A DNA stretch of 64,000 nt. Source: Mytilus edulis. Lineage: Eukaryota. The stretch is from NCBI RefSeq assembly GCF_963676685.1, contig NC_092344.1, forward strand, positions 125,116,001 to 125,180,000. Direction: 5' to 3'. The notes beneath the pieces are model-generated. The model ran no database searches. It had not been told where the DNA came from and saw only the letters and a program-made list of their open reading frames with translations. This document shows, one piece after another, positions 43,701 through 55,700 of this stretch (positions are counted from its first letter, which is position 1; the number at the start of each line of letters is the position of its first letter). The translations under genes and the position numbers were made by a program.

Positions 43701-46700
43701 AACGAATATAACGAGCTCCTAGAGCAGGTAAAAGTTGTCCTTGACTACAGTAATAACACAGTTTCCCACCTTTGCTGAATCAATAGAACCTCACCTACAA
43801 ATACAACTAATCATAATTAACTGATATTTAAAATTTTAGCTGATAATTATCATTTTTATTAGCAACACAGTCCTTCAAGTCAGTTTTATGTTCACTAAAG
43901 ATAAAATAATTTTCACTTCTTCACATAGATATTTATTTTCCTCACAGCAAGTTCACTGCCTTTATATTTATTTGTGGTGTCATTACTCAGTAGAATTTTT
44001 ACATGCCTGTCGATGTCATACATTACAGTATACCATTGTCCATGGAATCTTTTTTCATGAAAGCGTATGTCAAGAGTCATCATCCTTTGCAAACTTTGAT
44101 TTTTATTTAGATTTTTAAAGTTAAAATCTGTTGTTAATTTAGGGATGTACGGCTGGCGGGCAGCTGGGAGGGAGGGTGGTTGCTGCCATACAGTGTCCCT
44201 TTATTAACATGCAAACACTTTGAAGAAATTTTTTCATTTTTTTCTATGATTTTGTAATGTTAAATTTTTTGGCAGTCAATATTAAACTTTTACACTATCA
44301 GAAACAGTGGCAGATGAAACACAGAACCCTGTGAATCCTGTAATATTTTTATGTATATCATACTTCCACTGAAATTAATTAACCAGCAATCAATCAGAAA
44401 AGTTACGGTGTCATATACATGATGTATATCATTTTTGCATGAAAGTCAATTATTATCAAACTTTATGATCAAACATTCAGATTTTTTCCTGATTCCTTTT
44501 CTGTTTTTTTTTTGGTTTTTTTTATTTCCTTGTGATAGATTTTAACCAGTTTACATCTGCCCAAATATTAAGTTAAAAAAGCTCTTCAACATTTACATTT
44601 GTTTTCCTTCACTTTTCCACAAAGTTCAGCTTTTTATTCCAGGAATATTTATTCTGATATTTAAATATTTTTATGTATTGAGTTTTAAATTATTTTTTTC
44701 TTCAGATGAGTAACAGACAGAACATGAAAGCAGATAAATTATTTGTATGTTCTAATCCCAACACTTTTTATCTCATATATATCCTTCCCAACTTTGACAT
44801 TCTCATATATAATATCCTTCCCAAACATTTACTTTCAATGGTCATTAAATTATAGAAAAAAGGTCTTAGCAGTTGTACTTTTTTTAATAGAAAATAAACA
44901 AATGTCCATGGTTCTATATACAAGATATTTTAAGTACATGTCAACATAGCCAGTGAGGCATTTTTAAAACTTTTTATTGTAGTCAATTTAGTTTAAGAGT
45001 TATTCAAATACAATATGTGTTTGGTCAAATGAAATTTTGAAGCCAATAAGGGCAGCTGAAGAGAAAAAGTACATTTGAGGGGAAATGCTACTTAGGTCTG
45101 CATCTCAGTATAACAGATACCAGATTTGTATGGTTATTTTGTTTAGCATATTAGTTAGGGACAGAAAACAAGTATTTAAAGTGAAGTAATATTTCAGAAT
45201 CTGGAATTTAATGACCATGCTTTAGAATGACATATCAACATGCTCAGTTATTTAACATTGTGTTTTAATGTCATGGGTGATTGGTTTTATAACTTCATCT
45301 GATTTTAATATTTACACTCTGTAGTGTGTTCTGGGTGTGACTTGTGTTTAGAGGTTATTTTTTTGAGAAATTTACTTTTTTTAGAGGTTATATTTTCAGA
45401 ACTTTTACCTTTTTTATACCTGATTTTTAATCAGTTCAATTTTATAAACATTGACTGTTTTCTCTAGTCTTTATTAACTATTAACAAATAAACTTATATT
45501 TAAAAGTATAATTGCTTACAAATACTATATTCATGTAGTCTGATTTATAGCTTATATAATTTATCTTTACATACATAGTATTTTGAATATTGCTTGCTTT
45601 ATTTTATTATTATTATTGTTTGTTCTATTATTATGTTAAAGATTCAATAAGGGATGTTTAAGAAATACCTAGATATGGTGAAAGAGAGGGGGTTAGAAGG
45701 CATCTTTATCTTATCTAAATAAGTGTCAACTATTAGTTTAATATATAGTGTTATTTTAAGACAAATCTTCAGCAACAGAAATCCAACAAATCAAGTTCTG
45801 TTGCAATACTTGTAGTTAAATTCCTGATAATTTACATTAGTTATCTTTGGTTTTTTTGAAAAATAATATACAACATGAAATGGTACTTTGATCTTCAACC
45901 TTCACAATGGATTGTAAACTTACTTGTATTTCCCTTGAGTATTGAAGGATTAATAAATCTGTCCATTTTATATTAACCATATAAACAGTTTTAAGGATAA
46001 GGGCATACATTGTTTATATCATATGAAATCAAGGGTCTCTTTTTAATGACTTTTTTTTTATTAACTTTGAATTAGGGGGAAACAATATGTTGGCACTGCC
46101 CAAAAATAGATTATTGAAATTAAGACCATGTGTTTAAATATTTAATCTAATTTTTATTGATGTGAAGCATATTCCGCCATATTTTTTCAACATTAAAAAA
46201 TAAAGTCAGTATAGTTTACATATTTTGGATGTTATATATATTAGAAAACAAAGAAGTTCTCTTTTAATTGAAATCATTCTGAAGTCACTGAGAAAGTTAA
46301 TGTACAATAACACAAAGCTGATATTGAATGAAATGTCGAATTGTATTTTAGACAAGTCGTCCTTCATATAGACAGTATACACCAGAAAGTCTTCAGGGGT
46401 TACCTATAGGTCAGACACGATATGATCATCAGAAAAAACAACAAGAAGTACAACGAAACAGAGAATATAACGAACATTTAGCTAAGGTAGACACCAAGTG
46501 TGCTGGGATATTGGCTGTGTGCACATTAATACACTATTTTCTGACTTCTCCAATGCACATGTATCTTTTATTTCTTCCAGTTTTCACTAGAGTTATCTGT
46601 TCTTGATGGGCACAGGGTTAACTTTCTATTGTTTACACTTTTGCATTATTTCATTTCATCTTTCTTCTTTTTTGCGTTTATCCAGAATTGTACTTCTTTG

Positions 46701-49700
46701 CTTCATCTCTCATACTTTTATTTTCATTTTTGAGTATTTATTTATTTGTTTTGGAATTAAAAAAAAGAATAGATGGCACACTATGATAAAGGTCATTATT
46801 TGGCCAAATTTCTCACTTAAAATTATATCTTTTTGTTTAATAGTTGTAAATTTACAGCACTATTGTACTATTATAGTTTATTGTCCATTTATTGATCTCT
46901 GAGAATCTTGATCGACTGTTTGGTCATCTACATAAAAGTTTATGGATCAAAGTGAATCTGATGTTCTTACACTTTAGGACAACGGTCTAATTATTCCATT
47001 TGAAAAAAATGCCTTAAACGGTCTACTTATTTCACTTGATTAAACGCTCACCATATTCCATTTGATTAAAGAGTTCATTACATCCCAGCTCCTTTGTTCT
47101 AACAGGGGTGATCTGAGCCGGATCACCCCTACCAGATCACCCCAGTTTAAGTTTCTTTGTTATGCATGCTTTCCTTTGTTCTGTAACATTTTGGCGGGAA
47201 TGTCAAATCCAGTATAAAACTTATAATTAATTATACGGAGAAGACTATCTATCAAAATTCACGCAGAAAAAATCCAGTGTATATACTGGGATTCGAACTC
47301 AAGACCTTTAGCATATCAAGCCACGAAACATACCACTTTACCAGGTCAACTGGATACAAACTATTAGAAATTTAACATACTTAAAGGAAGCAAGATACTT
47401 TTATAACTGAGGCGAGTTGGCAGACCTTTACTCGTTGGGGTTTAAACCCTTTTCGTTAAATAAATGAGATGTCAGACTGATTGTTCAATTTTATTTTACA
47501 CTTTTTTATGTTGGGCGAGTCGGTTACAAGAGTGGGGCGATTTTTTCATAAAGTGGCGATATTGTGTGGGCCGATTGGCCAGCGGGGCGAGTTGACATTG
47601 TTTGATATCTACTCATCGTGTTAAGGGGTCATAAAGGGTATACATCATAAAGTAATATATAAAATATATAATAATGGTTGTGTGGCGTTCTAAACTAGAT
47701 TTTATGAATTATAAATGGTTTTTTGTGTAATCTAAAACAGCTGGGATGTAAAATAGTTATCCCATTCGGACTTAGTATGTCAGTGTAAGATCACCCTCTG
47801 GCCTCCGGCCATCGGGATGATCTTACACTGACACACCGCGTCCTTATGGGATAACTATTAATTATCTACCATTTGGCCTTAAATGACCAGGAAAATGTGT
47901 TTTATAATGTTTAACTTATTAGGACTGTGTTCATACAGTACTCCACGACTTGCTTGAAGTTTCCCAATCACTGATTTATGTGGAAGCAAACAAACAATGC
48001 AATTTTAAGAACAAAATTTAATTTGCACTTTCTTTCAACCATTACTTAATTCATAATAAAATTTCACAATATATAAAAACCTTTTAGTTCAAGCTTTGCT
48101 TATATCTATCAAGCAGCTCATGTGGTTTTCTAAGACCAAAGGAATTTCTCAATGCACCTTCTCTTGATAGAGGTTTTACCAAAACTAGTCTGTCATTGTG
48201 GTCAGTTATTTTTGGTGGAATGTATGTTGAAATTTTGTTTAATTATAATTCATATAATAATTCCGCATGAAATTCTAGTTAAATATAATAGATCAAAGAG
48301 GTTAATCTTTTAGTTTAAACATATTTTATATGCTAAGTTTATGAAGATAGATAATGCACAAGTAAAACTTAAACTTTACATAAAGTCTTCTCCGTAATAC
48401 AAGTACAATTGGAAAATATAGAAGAAAGTATTATGCATGTAAAGCAAGAAATTCTTTGGATATGACATGAATTATAAACAAGGCTCATTTAGCCCTATTT
48501 TAATGATCAATTTGGATATGACATCAATTATAAACAAGGCTCCTTTAGCCCTATTTTAATGGTCAATTTGCTTGTTTTGCTTATAGCATATTGTTTTACC
48601 ATAATAAATTGCGAAGCATATTCTATATTTTTATTTTTTCTTCTCAAATAACTTAATACATATTTTATGTCATGTGGTCCCCTGATACGTATGAAATGGC
48701 TTTTGTTGTCACAATTTATTTGTGGACTTTATAGAAAGGAGAGAAGATTGGAATGGAGGATGAATTACTGACAAGACGAGATATGACCTTGAAGAAATAC
48801 ATGGAAGATCAAGTCAGGAGTGAAATGCATGACAAGGTAAACAAGGGAGACAACTGAAGAAAAGAATAAATAATGCAAGGAATAAACTTGATAGGGTTTT
48901 GTAAACAACTATTTATCATTTTGGTATTCACCTGAGAATATCTCACAGACCTGATTTTCAATAAAATTTTAAAAGTTTCATAAACACTGAAAACGTTTTT
49001 TTTTTTATTTTCAATAGAAATGTCAGATAAAAGACTAAAAATGGTATTTAAGGTGGATATTCTATACATTGCTTGTGAGAGAGAAAGAAACTATTAAGTT
49101 TGGCGCATTGCATTTGCGCCAATTTTGAAAAAATCCAATCTTTCATTTGTGCCATTTCACAGGTAATACAGGTTACATGTAGCAGAAAAGTTAAATATTC
49201 ATTGCTGTATCATAAATAAGATTTGTTTCTACGTAGTGGTGCAAATGAATGGTTCTATTTTTTGACGCAATTGAAGTATGGTTTGTGGCGCAAATGAAAG
49301 ATTTTTTTGGCCATATGAAATGCCAATTGGCGCAAAAGCAAAGCACTGATTAAGTTATATCAAGTTTTTTTTTTTTTTTTTAAATAAATGTATCCTTTAT
49401 ATTTAAACTCGAAATTCATTTGAAAATACAGTTTCGGGATTTCACAAAACCTTCTGAGAAAGATGTTGGCCCAGATAAGTTTGGATTACCAATAGGTCAG
49501 TTTAGGTATGACGACTGGAGAAAACATCAAGTAGTGGAACGCTCTAAAGAATATCAAGACATGCAAGCTCAGGTATCTGACTTGTTGCTGTGGCAGCACT
49601 ACAGATGGGATTTTTGGTACTGGGATCACCATTTATGATATTTTTGGTACGGGATCACACCATTCATAATAATTTTGGTACATGATATTTTTGGTACGAA

Positions 49701-52700
49701 TCACATCATTTGTGATATTTTTGATTCGGGGAACACACCACTTATATTATTTTTGGTATGGGAATGACACCACTTATAATATTTTTGTAACAGTAATGGC
49801 ATCAATTATGATATTTTGGTTACTGGTGTTAACTCTGTTAGATTATTTGTTTATTTTATCTTTGTATGTCTCATGGTGAAGGTTTTATATGTTTTATAAA
49901 TCATTTTTAAGACATTTATGGTATGTAAAACTGGTTTATAGCTTTATATAGTATGTATATATTTTTATTTCATTCTTAAGTCCTCTCTATTTAACTTTTC
50001 ATTTTGGTGTCTATAGTTGTTGGGGTTTAAGTTATGAAAATTCCAGATCAACTCCATCAAACTAGGCTTAGGCAAATTTAACACATGAATGTTTGATTAA
50101 TCTGCTAAATTTTAAGTTTGCAAGAAGCTTTAATGTTTGGATGTAAATATTCATTCTACAAGTCTTATTTGTTTAGTAAATATTATTCAGAACACAAAGA
50201 AGTTTTGATGGATAGATAAATTGTTGGAATAATAATTTATATTTAGAACATCTTATTAGAGATAGCCTCTGAACAAATTTATTTTGTCATATAGATAAGG
50301 ATGGTCTTCCTTGAGTTGGCTGCTTTGGTGTGAATCACTGTATATCTAAGCTCTCCTCCATGTATTAAAATGATTAAATCATAATTCATTATCAGCTCAT
50401 CTCAATTTGTTGCAAGCACTTTTATAGAGTTTTATGAATATCAAGCATGGAATATAAATCTGAGTTCTTTATAAGGGTAAAATGTCCTGTATATTGTACT
50501 TTTATGGACAATTACCAGTTTAAAAAAACCCTGAAAATTTGTATTTTCTTTCATAAGGAAAGTTCATTTTAAACTATGTATAAAGCAATTTTGATTCTTA
50601 CAAAAAGCTCTTGATTCTTGATGGAATTTAGAGATATATTGTGTAGAGAAAGTGATAAATCAGATTCAGGGATTTTTCTTATAATATGAGGCAGGCATTA
50701 CCTGTAAATGGGGACGAAGTCTGTATGAATTATTTTTTTGTACCTTAAATATTTGTTTAAAAAAAAAGAAACGGAAATACCGTAACGTTTCCGATTTTGG
50801 TTCTGTTGTTAGGGATTTAGTTGTGACGTTATTTAAATTATGACGTCATATGCAATGTAAACAAAGAAACACTATCATCAGGTAACGTTTTTTCATATCA
50901 AGGAATTATTAAAAATGAAATTGGTATTGCGCGTTCCTTCCTATTTTATACTAGACTGATAAATATATATTTTACTCAAAGTTTCATACAAACGAGACCG
51001 GAAAAAGGAAGTACATTGTACATTTCTGCGCAGGTCCTGGATTTCAAAACACGACAAAAAAAATTTGAACGATTTTGAGTTCATTAGTACAATGAAAAAT
51101 TCGAGAAATTTTCCCGTATTTTGTTTTTATTGAATTTTCTACTGTTATTATGTAAGACTCTGCATAAATATTATCTTTTTTTTCTTGAATTATACTTAAC
51201 CCTTTCCTGCATGGATTTTTTTTTACATACTTGATTCACATAGGATTTTTCTATAAAATGCTGGAAATACACTTACTTTACTGAAATATAGTTAAGGAAC
51301 CTAAAATAGACCAGTTATTTTTGTATTATCATATTATTGTAAATGTTGTACTCTGGCAGACATTTGTAATGCACTTATATATAAATAGATATAGGTATAC
51401 ATCATGACATAACATGTCCTAGTATGTATCTTTAATTAATTTGTATATTTATGTTAATTTTTTCATATACATGTATACCCTAATAATTCTATTTTTTTTT
51501 TGGTCTGTGAAGAGAGCCTATTTTTTCTGGGAAAAAGGAAAAAACTATATGGCACTTGAAACAAAATTGAAATTGCCGTAATAAATCTGTATACTTTAGT
51601 TCAAGGGGAGTTCATTATGTATAATGAAAAAAAGTATGTGATCATTTTTTTTTCATATAACCATTAGATGCTTTTGGTTTTAAATTTATGATAAAAGAGT
51701 TGTAATTTTGCCATTTAAACAGCAGTCTTCAGGTCATCGTGCATGGGTTGATATGACAAGTCCTGTCGGAGCTCTGGGTGGGAGAGATACATACAGTGAT
51801 AATAATAAGAAAAAGTTCAACAATCAACGTCGTAAAGATTATAATGAAATTTTAGCCAAGGTATTTATCTGCTCTCTTTTGCTGCATTAATGCCAAATGC
51901 TTACACGGTAATGTTAGAAAAAAATTCATATCAAGCTCTTGTAACAAGAATAGTACATATTTTTAAACCAAAATTTACAAAAGAATAAAACTTAACTTTG
52001 GATATAAATCGTTGTTGTCATTATTTAATTTAAATTTGTGATTAAAGCATGATACATTTTATATACAACAAATGTATAATCTTTAAGTGTATGAAAGCAA
52101 AACATTAATCTTTAACTTTTAATGGTGACTTGCTGTATGAGAGTTTTGAAATTGACTTCTTGTCAGATTTTATCGACAAGTATCTCCATAGAGATGTTAA
52201 ATTCCCTGAATGTGCAAGAAACATTTAGGTTAAGACGTTTAAAAATGTATTATCATCAAGTAAAAAATATCCTACACTGATGTAAAGGGAGACAACTACC
52301 AGATATTATTTTCTATGTAGCAACCTAAAAGTAATCATGAATGGAAAGACTCTTCTGGTCTTAAAGGTGTCCTAGCAACAAAGGATTTATATTATGAAAA
52401 ATACGTAAAAAAATTAATGAAGAAAGACGTCAAGACTACAATAGAATATTATCATTTCTGCTTAAGATTTGTTATATTTTATTACATTTTATAATTTCTG
52501 TTAATTGGCTTACTCTGTAATTTGTGTATATAACATTAAAATTGAGAAAGGAAATGGTGAATATGTCAAAGCGACAACCACCCGACCATAGAGCAAACAA
52601 CAGCCGAAGGCAACCAACGGGTCTTCAATGTAGCGAGAATTCCCGCACCCGTAGGTGTCCTTCAGCTGGCCCCTAAAATATGCATAATAGTACAGTGATA

Positions 52701-55700
52701 ATGGACGTCATACTAAACTCCGAATTATACACAAGAAACTAAAATTTAAAATCATACAAGACTAACAAAGGCCAGAGGCTCCTGACTTGGGACAGGCGCA
52801 AAATTGCGGCGGGGTTAAACATGTTTATGAGATCTCAACCCTCCCCCTATACCTCTAGCCAATGTAGAAAAGTAAAACAATAACAATACGCACATTAAAA
52901 TTCAGTTCAAGAGAAGTCCGAGTCTGATGTCAAAAGATGTAACAAAAGAAAATAAATAAAATGACAATAATACATAAATAACAACAGACTACTAGCAGTT
53001 AACTGACATGCCAGCTCCAGACCTCAATTAAACTGATTGAAAGATTATGTCTTCATCATATGAATATCAGGTACAATCCCTCCCTTTAGGGGTTTAGTAT
53101 CATACTATCATAAAATATATGAGAAGAACATAACCCGTGTCATGCCAACAACTGTTTTTTTAGAAATAAATGTGTTTAGTTCCGATGCAAAGACCCTATC
53201 AGTGAATCAATGTTAAAGCCAAAATATGCAATCTTTAATTGTATATATTTAATAACTTTGTTGTTAACAGCATGACTATGTGTATGTATGTATTTTGTTG
53301 TATCTGCTTACATTGTAATTTTTATGTAACATTGAAAGTTTATATATACAAAGGCTGTTAATAGCAAGAATGTATTAATACTTATTCAATTTTTATGGAA
53401 TAATTTTCTAACAGCATGTCAGAATGCACAAGCTGCTGTTATGAACAGTGTAAATAAATATATATGCATGTTTTAATACAACTTACTTTTTTGTTATTTT
53501 AGTTTAGACTTTGATCTTAATTTATACATTTATATCTTGAGCGATTTTTCCTTACAGTTTATATATTGATACCTTGAGCAGTTATTTGATTTTAATACTA
53601 AATATACATTTATATTGTGAGTGATAAGGTTTTATTTTTTACTTTTTACATTTATAGCATATGATTTTATTCTTCAATTTATACATTTATACCTTGAGCG
53701 ATTAGTATTTATTTATCTACAGTGTATACATTTATACCTTGAGCGATTAGTATTTATTTATCTACAGTGTATACATTTATACCTTGAGCGATTAGTATTT
53801 TTTTTTTTAGTTTGTTCTGTTATATATATATGTGTAATTGTTCTGTTATATATATGTGTAATTGTTCTGTTATATATATGTGTAATTGTTCTGTTATATA
53901 TATGTGTAATTGTTCTGTTATATATATATGTGTAATTGTTCTGTTATATATATATGTGTAATTGTTCTGTTATATATATATGTGTAATTGTTCTGTTATA
54001 TATATGTGTTATTGTTCTGTTATATATATGTGTGTAATTGTTCTGTTATATATATGTGTGTAATTGTTCTGTTATATATATGTGTAATTGTTCTGTTATA
54101 TATATGTGTAATTGTTCTGTTATATATGTTACAGTAAATAGGTGAAATTAGGAATTACAGGTAATTACTAAACACTTCAGTAAATACCTGTAATTACTAG
54201 CCAATTTAGTAATTACATGTATTTACTAGATGTTTCAGTGATTACTGGTAATCACTGATTTTTTTTGTCATTTTTACAGCTATTTACTAACTGGATGTTT
54301 TTGTTTTAAAATTAAAAACATAATTCAAGATACCAAATAATAAAGTAAAGGGGTAGGGATTTTAAGGGCGCTAACTTAAGGATGTAGGAATATAATGCAC
54401 ATCCAAAGTGCATACTCTTTAGTGTTTGTGAATTGAAACTGGAAAATGGCTGTTTTATAGGTTTTGAAACTCCGTAAATATATGTATGCAAGACAATGAT
54501 ATCTATCCAAAATCAAACTAAAATTTCTATCATGCACTGTGGTTCAAAACTTTAAAAAAAACTTTCTCCAAATATCCTGGATTTGCACCAAACTTGGACA
54601 GAAGCTAAATGTTTATGATCATAAAATAATATCCAAAAGTAAAGTTTGAAAATTTTTTTTTTTCGTATATTACTTATAGATGGACTAGTTTTTTCCCAGT
54701 TAACATTACATACACTCTGTAGTATTTTTTAAAACATTAGATTGTATAAACCATCCTGGATTTTTACCCAATTTTGACTGAAGCTTCTTACAGTACTAGT
54801 CAAAAGATAGTATCTAGAGGAAAATTTTAATATTTTTTCCTCATTTTTGTTGAGCTTGCGATTAACAGCAAAAGTAGCCGAAAATATTTGTTCTGCAAAA
54901 CCTTTACAATTTTAATAGCTTAATACATCGATAACCCATCTCCAGCTAGGGGTTGATTTGAAGGTCACATGAATACGTATTCAATGAGGTCCAAATATTC
55001 ACTTGCAAGTGCACAACTCATCAACCTTGTTTCTCAGCTAATTTAACAAAATAAAACCAGAATGGCTGCTAACAGTGAATTATAATTTTACTATATCATT
55101 TTTATGCCCCACCTACGATAGTAGAGGGGCATTATGTTTTCTGGTCTGTGCGTCCGTCCGTCCGTCTGTTCGTTCGTTCGTCTGTCCCGCTTCAGGTTAA
55201 AGTTTTTGGTCGAGGTAGTTTTTGATGAAGTTGAAGTCCAATCGACTTCAAACTTAGTATACATGTTCCCTATGATATGATCTTTTAAATTTTAATGCCA
55301 AATTAGAGGGTTTACCCCAATTTCACGGTCCACTGAACATAGAAAATGATAGTGCGAGTGGGGCATTCGTGTACTGGGGACACATTCTTGTTATAAATGA
55401 TTTAACAACAAAAAAAAGATATTTTTTTATATATCTCGAAGCTAATGCACATAACAGTTCATTCCAGTTCTTAACCTACATAACATTATCTTATCTTTAT
55501 AAGGTAATAATATACAATTACTGTCTTTTGATAAGGTAAATATGCGGTTTTATTGACTTTTGAAAAATGATATTCAATGAGTCCGACGGCCGAAGTGAAT
55601 ATCATTTTTACAAAAGTCAATAAAACCCCATATTTACCGAAACAAAAGACAGTAATTGTTTTATTCCACATTCCGAGAGAAGAAAATGTATTTAATAACA

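Noticed and set aside
47285-47343. Functional tRNA gene
   Set aside because: Only A/B-box-like motifs are present; no convincing acceptor or anticodon stems.
49094-49356. Possible MITE with tttgcgccaa/ttggcgcaaa inverted motifs
   Set aside because: The ends and TSD are too degenerate to define confidently.
53621-53935. 104-aa hydrophobic ORF
   Set aside because: Made of 45-bp and 24-26-bp tandem repeats.
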